From a phage: a stretch of DNA of 64,000 nucleotides. Location of the stretch: the NCBI GenBank assembly GCA_024673055.1, contig GCA_024673055.1_4537.1. One strand, given 5' to 3'. Below are positions 45,782 through 55,196 of this stretch, one piece after another. The notes under the pieces were generated by a model. That model was not told where the DNA came from. It worked only from the letters and a program-made list of their open reading frames with translations, and made no database searches. The number at the start of each line of letters is the position of its first letter. The first letter of the stretch is position 1. The translations under genes were made by a program, and so were the position numbers.

Positions 45782-46180
45782 TTATCGTTGCGTACAATCA
45801 GCTTCTAGAGTAAGAACATTCGTTATTGTTTTATCATTTTTTAGAAATGCAAACCAAGCCAAAGTGTCTCGATACTCTGTGCGCATCATTACTACTTCAG
45901 TAGTGCCAATAAACTGTTGTGAACCGTACATAGCACTACCATCTTTACTTTTTTCTCCTGTGTATTGCAGAATGCCACTCATCAAAGCACCACCTGAATT
46001 TTTAAGGATAAAGGAGTTATCTTTATTAATGACAACAGAAGCCATTTTCTTAGGACCAGAAATCACTTCACCTTTCAGATTTTTAACAACCACATCTGAC
46101 ACACACTCATAAACTTGAGACGCATTTGCTGTTCCAAGTGATGCAATGAGTAACAATAAACCTACAATGATCTTTTTCAT
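45782..46180 (-). CDS. secreted protein (signal peptide)
   Basis: MKKIIVGLLLLIASLGTANA signal peptide. Confidence 0.5.
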   Translation of the reverse strand: MKKIIVGLLLLIASLGTANASQVYECVSDVVVKNLKGEVISGPKKMASVVINKDNSFILKNSGGALMSGILQYTGEKSKDGSAMYGSQQFIGTTEVVMMRTEYRDTLAWFAFLKNDKTITNVLTLEADCTQR

Positions 46181-46275
46181 ATAAACTCTCCTCTTTATTT
46201 ACCCGACGCGCCCCTGTTGGGCGGAAAGGGTTGTACGCAAAATTTTTAGCTCCAATCGTCGGGTGTCCCGACTCC

Positions 46276-46482
46276 TTACGCTTTTAATGTTTTAACAGAA
46301 TGACAAGCTTTGCAAACCATAACCGGAACAAGTTCATCTCCATTATCCGCATAAATCACTGTTTTCTTCATTCTGCCACCACATGAACAATACTCCGTAT
46401 GATCCACTGGAATATTAAATATTCCGTAATCACTTTCATACTGTTTCTTACATATGGACACTGCTTTTGTAAAACAAGACAT
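46276..46482 (-). CDS. small zinc-ribbon protein
   Basis: CKKQ...CSCGG...CKAC. Confidence 0.45.
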   Translation of the reverse strand: MSCFTKAVSICKKQYESDYGIFNIPVDHTEYCSCGGRMKKTVIYADNGDELVPVMVCKACHSVKTLKA

Positions 46483-46484
46483 AC

Positions 46485-46706
46485 CTACTCCGAAAGAACA
46501 TTCACTTCATCAGAGAAAAATACGTAATCACAACCTTCCCAAACATCTTCTTCAAACCACTCCCATCCCTCAACTTTGGACATTTCTTCTATCGTAACAA
46601 AGAATGTTGTCATATCATCGCTAACAAGATGTGCTTCAACAACAAAAGGAATCTGAACATTCTCAAAACCAACATAACCCAATACATCGCAAACTCTAAT
46701 TTTCAT
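46485..46706 (-). CDS. DYVFF-family small protein (paralog of 49962..50192)
   Basis: Shares W-rich acidic C-terminus ...EGCDYVFFSDE with ...EGEDYVFFPHE. Confidence 0.45.
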   Translation of the reverse strand: MKIRVCDVLGYVGFENVQIPFVVEAHLVSDDMTTFFVTIEEMSKVEGWEWFEEDVWEGCDYVFFSDEVNVLSE

Positions 46707-46707
46707 A

Positions 46708-46908
46708 TTATGCTCCTTTGTAGATTATGTTGGTGCGTTCACACTCTGCCACCAGCAAGCGATTAGCGATGTTGTCCATAGGAACATCAATCTCTACGCT
46801 CCAGGCATTGATATACACTTCTTCAATCTTTGCTCCAAGCGTTTGTGCGATCAGGGCAACAGCCCCAGCATATTCAAGTTTAATCTCTATTACCATTTTG
46901 CACCTCAA
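46708..46908 (-). CDS. hypothetical protein
   Basis: 66-aa track ORF. Confidence 0.4.
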   Translation of the reverse strand: MRCKMVIEIKLEYAGAVALIAQTLGAKIEEVYINAWSVEIDVPMDNIANRLLVAECERTNIIYKGA

Positions 46909-46910
46909 GG

Positions 46911-47147
46911 TTATTTATCTTGCTTGTATCTTACAAGGCGATCACACTCTAGGTCAAGAAATTTCTCCGCATTTCGTTCATGTTTGAGCACAATACATTG
47001 TTCTTTCCAGTCTGTAGCTCTTTGCTGCGCTGCTCCTGGGTCAAAATCCCAAAGCCATGCCGCGAAAAGAACAACCATAACAATTATCAAGAAACTAAAC
47101 ACTATTGGCATTGCACATCCTCCTGTGTAGCATGATCTTTTACCCAT
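46911..47147 (-). CDS. small membrane protein (paralog of 40502..40729)
   Basis: TM helix plus conserved KEQC...AEKFLDLEC segment. Confidence 0.4.
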   Translation of the reverse strand: MGKRSCYTGGCAMPIVFSFLIIVMVVLFAAWLWDFDPGAAQQRATDWKEQCIVLKHERNAEKFLDLECDRLVRYKQDK

Positions 47148-47416
47148 TTTATACGGGCAGCATTCAAATGTAATAGCCCGTTTCTTTGTGCAAAATCATA
47201 TTTAAACCAGTCTCCGTCATCAAACGGGTATTCTTCAGACAACCCTGCTTCTCGAAATTGCATTTGCATTTCATAATTTAGATCATCGTAACCACCAGTC
47301 CAAAGGTAGAGGCAACTACATAATCCTTTATCGTGCCAGAAAGGATTATTATCTGGAGCACCAGCTAATAGCCAGTTATGATATGCCTGATAAAATTCTT
47401 TAAGTTCTTCTGACAT
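47102..47416 (-). CDS. paralog family F
   Basis: LKEFYQAYHNWLLAGAP, KGLCSCL, EYPFD, RIKWVKDH. Confidence 0.5.
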   Translation of the reverse strand: MSEELKEFYQAYHNWLLAGAPDNNPFWHDKGLCSCLYLWTGGYDDLNYEMQMQFREAGLSEEYPFDDGDWFKYDFAQRNGLLHLNAARIKWVKDHATQEDVQCQ

Positions 47417-47614
47417 TTAACCTCCTGTATACAGTGTTGAAAGATACACAGCAAAAGCATTCTCGGCTGTTTTCACCTCCTCTTCAAGATCTTCACGCTC
47501 TGCTGGCGTTAATGCATTCCGCACAGCAGCGTCTGCTTCTCGGATTTTTCTTACTAAACGTGAAACATCTTTCAATTGTTGAAAAGTAGCCATAATCTTT
47601 CTCCTTTTAGTCAA
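47417..47614 (-). CDS. hypothetical protein
   Basis: 65-aa track ORF. Confidence 0.4.
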   Translation of the reverse strand: MTKRRKIMATFQQLKDVSRLVRKIREADAAVRNALTPAEREDLEEEVKTAENAFAVYLSTLYTGG

Positions 47615-47858
47615 ACCAGTTGTATTCAGAAGGGTAACGAGCGTAGTTTGGCTTGTACCCCAGCCTTTTCATCTTGACAGACATACGAGTGAAGCCAAAG
47701 GTTGTTTTGCCCTTAGACATAAACTTCTTCCCACTCTTCATTGGCTTCTTAGGGTCTTTGATCGTCTGGTGTAACGCTCGCGCAAGCCATAAAGTGTATG
47801 CGCTCGGCACTTGATTAACTTTCATCTTGTTACCTTTCATCATTTCACCTCGGACCAA
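47607..47858 (-). CDS. hypothetical basic protein
   Basis: 83-aa track ORF; lysine-rich. Confidence 0.4.
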   Translation of the reverse strand: MVRGEMMKGNKMKVNQVPSAYTLWLARALHQTIKDPKKPMKSGKKFMSKGKTTFGFTRMSVKMKRLGYKPNYARYPSEYNWFD

Positions 47859-48139
47859 TCAATAGTGATCCACTCGTATGCCCCGTTCAGATCCATTTCT
47901 TTATAAACAATAAGCCCACGCTCACGAAGAATTGCTACTGCTTCATCCATCCATTTCACCTGATTGTAGATTTCCCCTGGGTGAGTAGGAGAATTATCCA
48001 AACCAAAATCGGATGGCGTGAAATTCCTTGAAGAGTTTCCCGCTCGTGCTTCAGCAAAACAAGTCTCGATCACTTCTTCAACAGGGAAGTTGAAGGAAGC
48101 TTCTTTTGCAATACGGCGTAACTGTTCGGTCAGATTCAT
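47840..48139 (-). CDS. hypothetical protein
   Basis: 99-aa track ORF. Confidence 0.45.
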   Translation of the reverse strand: MNLTEQLRRIAKEASFNFPVEEVIETCFAEARAGNSSRNFTPSDFGLDNSPTHPGEIYNQVKWMDEAVAILRERGLIVYKEMDLNGAYEWITIDWSEVK

Positions 48140-48166
48140 CTTATTCTCCTTTCGTTGTGCGAAACA

Positions 48167-48604
48167 TTATAACAGATCTAATGCTTTCAACTCTTCTTTC
48201 AATGATTCAGGCAGGTCACATTCAATGTCAATCAGAGATAACAAGTGACCAACAATGCCTTCCAGATGTTGATACTCACTATAACTTATAAATTCAGAAT
48301 TGTAAACAGAAACATCCTTAGTTTCTTTCACAACTTCCCCCGCAGACACGCACATAAAAAAGTTACGCTCTCCGCGAGCTAACAATATCTCCCAACTTCT
48401 GAACGGATACTGTCCAGCTTCAATAATATCCCCGCTGTCCAATAAAGTCAATGAGCAAACAGACCCTGATTCACTAACATCTTCGACGCGGAAACAAGAC
48501 CCTTCAATCAAAGCTGCCATTTTGAAATTTTCATCCGAGATCACAGAGAAAGCTTCACAGGCAGCTTTACTTTTGAAACAGTAAACAGCATTAACTTTAA
48601 ACAT
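48167..48604 (-). CDS. hypothetical protein
   Basis: 145-aa track ORF. Confidence 0.5.
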   Translation of the reverse strand: MFKVNAVYCFKSKAACEAFSVISDENFKMAALIEGSCFRVEDVSESGSVCSLTLLDSGDIIEAGQYPFRSWEILLARGERNFFMCVSAGEVVKETKDVSVYNSEFISYSEYQHLEGIVGHLLSLIDIECDLPESLKEELKALDLL

Positions 48605-48616
48605 AACATTCCCCTT

Positions 48617-49153
48617 TTAAACAAAAGATACTCCGATGGTAGCAACAACCAAACGTTTATAAACTTCAACCTCTTCTGTAGGATTAGCCATTTTATGCTC
48701 TGCTGCTTCTTTCAAAGCTTCTTCATAACTTTCAAATCCAGAAATACAGGTGTCATCAGTCATTACAACATACCACTCTTCTTTTGTTGTATCAACAGGT
48801 TCTTCTTGGGGTTTTCCACGACCACCACGAATACCACCGTCAACAAAATAATCTATATGAGCAGAATTGATTATGTAACGATCCCCATCACTAGCAGTGA
48901 TAATACCGTCTCTCCCTATCACAACAATTGACAAGATATTACCATTTGCATCAGTGCTCAACACCTCGAAAAAATTCTCTCCGATGATAGCCGCAATACT
49001 GTTATCAAAGGTAGAATATAGTCGCATATAATCCTCATCCTGGAAACGGTAGACATGACCTTCTTTAAACATTGTATGCTCCTTCTTGTTCAAGAGTGAA
49101 AGGAATGATTTCACCATAGCTGTATCGCATAGCATCAACTTCTGCTTCTGCAC
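48617..49153 (-). CDS. hypothetical protein
   Basis: 178-aa track ORF. Confidence 0.5.
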   Translation of the reverse strand: MQKQKLMLCDTAMVKSFLSLLNKKEHTMFKEGHVYRFQDEDYMRLYSTFDNSIAAIIGENFFEVLSTDANGNILSIVVIGRDGIITASDGDRYIINSAHIDYFVDGGIRGGRGKPQEEPVDTTKEEWYVVMTDDTCISGFESYEEALKEAAEHKMANPTEEVEVYKRLVVATIGVSFV

Positions 49154-49259
49154 GTTGTGCTAGTTCTAATGTTGCACAGATCTTGTAAGGGACAGTGCTG
49201 CATTGGCTCCAGCCTGGGGTATTCTTTGTTACTAAATATACAGTAGTTCCTTTATTCAT
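49065..49259 (-). CDS. hypothetical protein
   Basis: 64-aa track ORF; overlaps upstream gene by 89 nt, uncertain. Confidence 0.3.
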   Translation of the reverse strand: MNKGTTVYLVTKNTPGWSQCSTVPYKICATLELAQRAEAEVDAMRYSYGEIIPFTLEQEGAYNV

Positions 49260-49713
49260 AACTTTCTCCTCCTAGTTCATCATACCATTTCAAAGCGTCT
49301 TTTGGAAGCATACCAAAATCTTCTTTCAGTTCTTTTTCAATCTCTTCTTGCATTTCCATCAGCGTTTTCAGTTGACGGACTTTTTTGTGCATAGCCACAT
49401 TCCTTTCATTAAGGTTTGTCACTACATTATTTGCACGACTCGGTGGGAATGACAAAGGTTTCACGGGAAGATAATCTTCAATATTATCTAATGCATTACG
49501 AAAATTATGATCCAAGAAACGCACATCTACACGATTGTAATCGGCAGCTACAACAGTGAACACTTTAAACGGCACATTGGATAAAGTATGTTGCACACAG
49601 ACAGTACCCATATTGCCTTCAATTTTACTATTAACTTCCAGCAAACCTGTATGAGCACTAACATAATCGTGAACACATTGCACATAAGCTGCCAGTATAG
49701 TGAATTGTCTCAT
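49252..49713 (-). CDS. hypothetical protein
   Basis: 153-aa track ORF. Confidence 0.5.
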   Translation of the reverse strand: MRQFTILAAYVQCVHDYVSAHTGLLEVNSKIEGNMGTVCVQHTLSNVPFKVFTVVAADYNRVDVRFLDHNFRNALDNIEDYLPVKPLSFPPSRANNVVTNLNERNVAMHKKVRQLKTLMEMQEEIEKELKEDFGMLPKDALKWYDELGGESYE

Positions 49714-49958
49714 TTTCTACCTCCCCATAATGCTAACATTTTATTGAAAATGGAAACGCGTCGTGCGCGAGATGCCATATCATAATTCATTCTTTCCGTC
49801 TCTGCAAGAAATTGATCTACTGTAATCAACGCTTCCGTCTTCTCTTTCAGAGTTTGCACATTCATCCATTCACATTCAGAGTACCAGTTATCGAAATACA
49901 AACTATCAAGAAGATCCATTGCTGCTTCATTCTGTTGTGGTGTGATCATTGCACACAA
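49710..49958 (-). CDS. hypothetical protein
   Basis: 82-aa track ORF. Confidence 0.45.
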   Translation of the reverse strand: MCAMITPQQNEAAMDLLDSLYFDNWYSECEWMNVQTLKEKTEALITVDQFLAETERMNYDMASRARRVSIFNKMLALWGGRK

Positions 49959-49961
49959 CCT

Positions 49962-50192
49962 TTAATAGACAATTTCATATTCGTGAGGAAAGAAAACATA
50001 ATCTTCCCCTTCTCGTGCATCTATCTCGTCCCAAAACCATTCCTGCACTTCCATCATCTTCGAGAATCGCACATGAGCAAGCCCACTGTATTCCACTGTA
50101 GCTTCCAACACAAGTGGAAATTTTGCATGTGCCAATCCTTTATAACCACCATCATTCTCAATACGAATTTTCATGCGTTTCATGTTATGCAT
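49962..50192 (-). CDS. DYVFF-family small protein
   Basis: Paralog of 46485..46706. Confidence 0.45.
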   Translation of the reverse strand: MHNMKRMKIRIENDGGYKGLAHAKFPLVLEATVEYSGLAHVRFSKMMEVQEWFWDEIDAREGEDYVFFPHEYEIVY

Positions 50193-50394
50193 CCTTCAGA
50201 CCCTTAATGAAGTAACGACTAACCGGATTCCCTCGGAAGTATTCGTTAATGAAATCGATAACACACGTTTCACTGCCTGTCACAACGGACGGCTTACAGT
50301 TTTGGAATTCTACAGCTACACGGCTGGCTTTAGCCAGTGCTTGCACACGTGTAGGATCAGTCAAGAACATTGTGACAGTTTTCAAATTCTTCAT
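50185..50394 (-). CDS. hypothetical protein
   Basis: 69-aa track ORF. Confidence 0.4.
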   Translation of the reverse strand: MKNLKTVTMFLTDPTRVQALAKASRVAVEFQNCKPSVVTGSETCVIDFINEYFRGNPVSRYFIKGLKDA

Positions 50395-50443
50395 TTCATC
50401 TCCTCATTGGCTATCTGTTATGTCATCCATTATACAAACATCT

Positions 50444-50818
50444 TTATTCAATGCAAGCATTATTTGCATCTTCAATTCTGTCTTTCACCCACTGAAGACG
50501 TAACGTGTTGGTATGACACGCCAAGTTTATACACTCTGAAAGGTAATCCATGCAATCTGCATTGAACGGAAGATTGTAGTCCAACCCTGCACATGTAAAT
50601 TGTTTCCTCATTTCATATTTCAAACGGTCCAACAAACTATCCCGCCATCTTCTATCTTCTTCTCTAGTTGTCTCACCAACAAAATCATCTACATAATCTA
50701 CCAGACAACCGCATAAGCCACTCGTTGTGCGATTCATTGCAGGATAGTTGGCAATCCATGCTTTATAGAAGCGAAGTAATGTTGCACTACTCAACGGAAC
50801 ATTTTTACTCTCTTGCAT
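50444..50818 (-). CDS. paralog family G (first gene of the minus-strand block)
   Basis: LLRFYKAWI, SGLCGCL, NLPFN, RLQWVKDRI. Confidence 0.5.
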   Translation of the reverse strand: MQESKNVPLSSATLLRFYKAWIANYPAMNRTTSGLCGCLVDYVDDFVGETTREEDRRWRDSLLDRLKYEMRKQFTCAGLDYNLPFNADCMDYLSECINLACHTNTLRLQWVKDRIEDANNACIE

Positions 50819-51157
50819 GATAATCTCCTCTCATCGTTAGCCATCTTTCATGGCAATCATCAATCACCAACATCATACGATCAATCTTAAGGAATTACAA
50901 TCGAATTATCATAGGGGATTCCTATCAATTATCCTATATATACCGATTATTTTTGACACCCCACTCTTGTATAAAAAGTAACCCAAAATATCTACGGGGA
51001 GAGATTATTTCGACACACCCTGTTTCATGGCAATCATGGCAAGAATATCTAATAGAATCAATATGATATGGCAAAAATCATGGCGCATACGTAAGAAGTG
51101 CTTAACGCGAATTTTCGGGCCGTCAGGTCCACGCAGCGACAATTCCCAAATATCATG

Positions 51158-51181
51158 CGAATGAGAATAATTATCATTCGT
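51158..51181. repeat. palindromic operator-like box (Fur-box-like)
   Basis: GCGAATGAGAATAATTATCATTCG near-perfect inverted repeat. Confidence 0.45.
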
Positions 51182-51336
51182 ATTCAATGACTTATGCAAG
51201 GCTCATGCCAACATAGCGACAAGGTGGGCCACTTGATTATAAATCACACAAACACTTATTTATCAATGGTTTGGCAACTTCATCATATGACGGAACAATG
51301 TCAACTAATCCCGCCCATGACAGACGGACTATTATT

Positions 51337-51358
51337 TATATGAGAATGATTATTATTT
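51337..51358. repeat. palindromic operator-like box
   Basis: ATATGAGAATGATTATTATTTA, same core as 63829 repeats. Confidence 0.4.
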
Positions 51359-52247
51359 AAACGTTTATTAACATAAAAACCAGAATAAATCAAGAATTTT
51401 CTGATTTTATTTACGTTTAAGAGAACGTGCTCAACATCCTACCGGATCGCCGTTGGCAATCCTCGGGTATTTACGCCCCCATAATTATTGCCATGCTAAT
51501 TATTTCCTTATGTAATTACCACAATGATTATTGTTATTGCGCTAATGTTATGATCTTGGTAATTACATATAATGCTAATAATAAGCCAGCGCAATAAGTG
51601 TAAGCGTCATTACGCTTGCAATTATTGCAAGCTACGCAGTAACAAGAAATAACCATCACCGATGGTTATGATTGTTGGGGTGTAGTTGGCTTATTATTAG
51701 CTCGCTATGTGTCCGGCATAGCGTGCTAATGATAATCCTGGGAATGATTCGTTTTGTAATGATTTCATTCAGTCACTATTATGGCAATAGTTATTATTTT
51801 AATGGTTTCGTTTGTTATTGTTCGTTAGTTGGTTGTTTTGTCGTGTTATCGTTATCTTGCTTAGTATTCATCATGGTTTGATTGTTTGTCGTTATCAATC
51901 ATCTTGCTATTATTCCTTTGATTATGATTAGTTTGCTTATTGTTTTAGGTTGTTGGTTAGTTAGTTGTTGCGAACTATTATCAACATTATAGTTATGCAC
52001 TTATATTGCATAGATAAACATGGATAGATGATAATGGTTATCATTGCACTAGAAAGGAGGTAAAAGGGTGTTTTTGATGGTTTGTTGTTGGTTGTTGATC
52101 GATTTTAACCGCTATAAATGGCTCTCTAACAGCCTGTTACCCTGGGAGGTATGGTTATTCGTTTAATGGTTGATTAGCTCGATACCGCGATTTATTCAAT
52201 TTTGTTCTGTGTCGGTTTTTCATAGGCGAAAGCTATCAACATTGTTC

Positions 52248-52277
52248 GGGCAAAAAGAAAGGGCGCTTGGTGCGCCC
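52248..52277 (-). terminator. intrinsic terminator ending the small-gene array
   Basis: GGGCGC-ACCAA-GCGCCC hairpin (read on - strand) followed by TTTCTTTTT; same hairpin recurs at 52826 and 58301. Confidence 0.55.
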
Positions 52278-52293
52278 CTTGTTTTGTTGTCGC

Positions 52294-52713
52294 TTATAAC
52301 GCTTCATAGATTGAGTAGATCCGGTTTGCAAGGTCATTACGAAAGCGGAATTTTTCATCACGTTTGATCATCAGATCCTTAAAACCGCATTCTTTCAGTG
52401 CTTCATTAACTTTATGGCGGCAAACGTTCATATTATCCTGCGCGTCACCAATAAACTTATTACTGTGATGCATTGCTTTGATCTCTTCCTCCAATACCAG
52501 GGCAACTACACGGATCGGATCAAGCTGATATGCGGTAACATCCATGCGGCATTGTAAACGGCTTTTAACATCGTTTACCGGATACACTGCAACCTCTTCC
52601 CCGTCAACGTTCACGATAACCAATTTACCATCGATTTCGAAGCCTTTGGCGGCGCTACCGTGACAAAAAGCGTTATCGAAGGAGTAAGCTGGATTATTTG
52701 ATTTAATGTTCAT
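52294..52713 (-). CDS. hypothetical protein
   Basis: 139-aa track ORF. Confidence 0.5.
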   Translation of the reverse strand: MNIKSNNPAYSFDNAFCHGSAAKGFEIDGKLVIVNVDGEEVAVYPVNDVKSRLQCRMDVTAYQLDPIRVVALVLEEEIKAMHHSNKFIGDAQDNMNVCRHKVNEALKECGFKDLMIKRDEKFRFRNDLANRIYSIYEAL

Positions 52714-52825
52714 GGTGTTGTCCTTTGTTTCGTTTCGTTGTTTGCTGCCAGTGAGTTAAATATAATATAACGCCGATCCCCTGTCAATAGGGGATAGCGC
52801 ATTATTTACATTTCTTTACGTTAAA

Positions 52826-52842
52826 GGGCGCTTGGTGCGCCC
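52826..52842 (-). terminator. stem-loop (copy of GGGCGCTTGGTGCGCCC)
   Basis: Identical 17-bp hairpin downstream of 52853..53221. Confidence 0.4.
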
Positions 52843-52852
52843 TTGTATAATC

Positions 52853-53221
52853 TTACTTTGTGCTGTTGTAAACGTTATCGCGTTCAACCATCACGGCAAG
52901 GCGGATCAGTTGATCAGTTGTATCGCGTAAATTGTCGGGCCATGTTTTACTGTTCCAGCTATCCAGGTTTGACTGTATATAGGTTTCAATGGCTTGATCC
53001 ATATTATCAAACAAGTTTTCCTCCAGGCTCTCGGCTGTTTCACACTGGAAAGCATTAGCGACACTATTAATCAATAAGCAAGCCAGTAAATCAGCATTAC
53101 GCCAATTTTTACGGATAGTTTCATCTGTCAGATAACCAACGAGATTAACCTTTGCGCCAGTGGTTGACGTTGCGATCACTTCTTGTGCTTTTTCAAGTGC
53201 TTTAATTGCTGATTTGCTCAT
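52853..53221 (-). CDS. hypothetical protein
   Basis: 122-aa track ORF. Confidence 0.5.
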   Translation of the reverse strand: MSKSAIKALEKAQEVIATSTTGAKVNLVGYLTDETIRKNWRNADLLACLLINSVANAFQCETAESLEENLFDNMDQAIETYIQSNLDSWNSKTWPDNLRDTTDQLIRLAVMVERDNVYNSTK

Positions 53222-53299
53222 CTTCTTTTCCTCTTTGTGGGCTTGCTGTATTGCTCGCCCTACGCAATAACTATAAGTTAACAGGAGAAATAAAGCAAG

Positions 53300-53533
53300 C
53301 TATTTTTTATAAAATTTTTCTGCTGTGATATTCTTCCCAGTAGGCTTAACCACTTGCAAGATCTTATCATGTGCCGAACGTCCAAAAGAGTAAGATCCGT
53401 ACACGGTAAACCAATAATCCCCGTTCGGTTGAACGGTTACGGCGGCGTACGGTGTACCTCTTTCATTATCCCCGATAAAGTGAGAAACATTACCGTTAAC
53501 ATTTGGTTTAGTGCTTTTAATTTGTTCGATCAT
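53300..53533 (-). CDS. hypothetical protein
   Basis: 77-aa track ORF. Confidence 0.45.
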   Translation of the reverse strand: MIEQIKSTKPNVNGNVSHFIGDNERGTPYAAVTVQPNGDYWFTVYGSYSFGRSAHDKILQVVKPTGKNITAEKFYKK

Positions 53534-53551
53534 GATATAACTCCTAAATCA

Positions 53552-53610
53552 GGCGGGAAACATTCCCGCCCTACGTGATAAATGATAATGTAAGCGTGAT
53601 CCGGTGTCAA
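53552..53610 (-). promoter_or_regulatory. promoter + stem-loop cassette (PeSL-like)
   Basis: On - strand: TTGACA (53605-53610) ... -10 ... hairpin GGCGGGAA-tgt-TTCCCGCC (53552-53570) in leader. Confidence 0.5.
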
Positions 53611-53785
53611 TAGGTAGGATTGTAAAGATTTGATAGTTTATCTCTTTGATGTTTTGTTGTTTGATAGATGTTAGCTATCAATATATAGCGGGGTCGTCCG
53701 GTGATTATCTTCCCCTGCTCCCAGGTGCCGCCCGTTCAATAAGTATAACAAAAAACAGGACAAAAACAAGCCCTGTTTATTTATC

Positions 53786-53920
53786 TTAAAACCAGTTGCC
53801 AACCGTTTCCAATAGGTCACTGACTACCAGGACAACATTAATCAGCACATGTTCAACCATGAAAGGGATAAGCGCCAGCGTTGCTACTACGATCCCCATT
53901 GTGATGATTACCTTTCTCAT
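53786..53920 (-). CDS. small membrane protein (44 aa)
   Basis: ATG 53920; hydrophobic helix; below track cutoff. Confidence 0.3.
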   Translation of the reverse strand: MRKVIITMGIVVATLALIPFMVEHVLINVVLVVSDLLETVGNWF

Positions 53921-53922
53921 GG

Positions 53923-54207
53923 TTAGCGGCTTACGTAAGCTTTACCGTTTACGGTCATCGGTATGGCCTCAAGGTCTGGATCTTCCTTAAGGTCGCGTGC
54001 AAGCTCACCGCAGCGGATACCCTCGAATCCGTAGTACTCTGTTGTGCCGTCCTGGAAAGTTTTAGCGGCAAGGCATAGGCGATAATTAACGCCGATCCGG
54101 TTCACTGCGTTAATATCGGTTAACGTGATGGATTCTGGCAACTCTTTCGCCATTACAGGCGCGTTAATACCAACAACCAGGGCAACTACTGCGATCATCT
54201 TTTTCAT
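53923..54207 (-). CDS. secreted protein (signal peptide)
   Basis: MKKMIAVVALVVGINAPVMA signal peptide. Confidence 0.5.
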   Translation of the reverse strand: MKKMIAVVALVVGINAPVMAKELPESITLTDINAVNRIGVNYRLCLAAKTFQDGTTEYYGFEGIRCGELARDLKEDPDLEAIPMTVNGKAYVSR

Positions 54208-54262
54208 GCTTTCTAGCCTCTTCCTATTGCGTTTAATGGGGCGTTACCGCCGCGCTTATGGT

Positions 54263-54499
54263 TTATTGATTGATGTTATAATGAAAATTATTTTCTTCAA
54301 TAGCTTTTAAAATAAAAGCCGTGATCGCTTTCGTGTCTACTTGTTCGAACGTATCGGAATAGCACCAATAATGATCATCCCCTACTTTCGGCGGGTAAAC
54401 CTGGACAAGGAGATCGCCACCTGGTTGATCTATAAGCTCAACATGCAAGCCGGATGATTCAGCGGTTTTAACGGCGGTTAATACTGTTGCAATACTCAT
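54263..54499 (-). CDS. hypothetical protein
   Basis: 78-aa track ORF. Confidence 0.45.
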   Translation of the reverse strand: MSIATVLTAVKTAESSGLHVELIDQPGGDLLVQVYPPKVGDDHYWCYSDTFEQVDTKAITAFILKAIEENNFHYNINQ

Positions 54500-54543
54500 A
54501 ATCTTTTCCTTTCTGATGTGGGGCGTTGCCGCCCCTTTGTTGA

Positions 54544-54843
54544 TTAGATCGCTGTTTCCAGTAGTTCGGCTAACGTCTTACCGCCTGATAGTTGGTCTAA
54601 CGTTTGCTCTTCTGGCAAGAAATTAGCTGATATTAATCCGACTTGATTTCCTTTGTGCCAATTAGCTTGACGGATGATTCCATCCTTTAAAGATTTTACC
54701 GCCATTGTGCAACCGTCGCCAAATGATTCATTTTTATGATCCATCACTTCATAAGCGCCCAGCTTGCTACTGTTAGGCACCATTAACGCGAATACATCAC
54801 CAACAACCAGTTTTTCTACGGTAATAATAGCGATAGTTTCCAT
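54544..54843 (-). CDS. hypothetical protein
   Basis: 99-aa track ORF. Confidence 0.45.
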   Translation of the reverse strand: METIAIITVEKLVVGDVFALMVPNSSKLGAYEVMDHKNESFGDGCTMAVKSLKDGIIRQANWHKGNQVGLISANFLPEEQTLDQLSGGKTLAELLETAI

Positions 54844-54921
54844 TTTACTTTCCTCATTATCGGCGGCACCATTGCCGCCCTACGCATTAAATATAAGTTA
54901 TCTAAGAGATTAGATCAAGGA

Positions 54922-55113
54922 TTATTTTGTAAAGATTACAGCTTCATCAAAATTTTCAACATAGTAAGCAAGCTCTTCATTTGCTGCAACCATTCCTAAA
55001 AGTTGGCTATAAGATAAACCTTTGATCCCTTCCTCGTTGTTTAATGCTTCGATGATTTCATCAACGGGCGCAAAAAACATGTTATTCGATTCCAGATAGG
55101 TGATAGTTTTCAT
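54922..55113 (-). CDS. hypothetical protein
   Basis: 63-aa track ORF. Confidence 0.4.
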   Translation of the reverse strand: MKTITYLESNNMFFAPVDEIIEALNNEEGIKGLSYSQLLGMVAANEELAYYVENFDEAVIFTK

Positions 55114-55134
55114 AATGTTTACCTTTTACAGTGA

Positions 55135-55190
55135 GCGGCACCATTGCCGCCCTACGTGGTAAATATTAGCACACTGGCGATCTGTGTCAA
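55135..55190 (-). promoter_or_regulatory. promoter + stem-loop cassette (PeSL-like)
   Basis: - strand TTGACA (55185-55190), -10 near 55162-55167, hairpin GCGGCA-ATGG-TGCCGC (55135-55150). Confidence 0.55.
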
Positions 55191-55196
55191 TACTTT

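Larger units (their letters stand above)
50819..52247. other. 1.4 kb non-coding region, strand-asymmetric (G+T-rich on + strand), with palindromic boxes
   Basis: No ORF of 60 aa or more on - strand; + strand ORF 51672..51881 is low complexity; dense ATTATT/TTGTT/GTTA short repeats. Confidence 0.5.

Noticed and set aside
51672-51881. Plus-strand ORF of 69 aa in the non-coding region
   Set aside because: Extremely low-complexity (Cys/Val/Phe/Leu-rich) translation of a G+T-rich repeat tract; no SD
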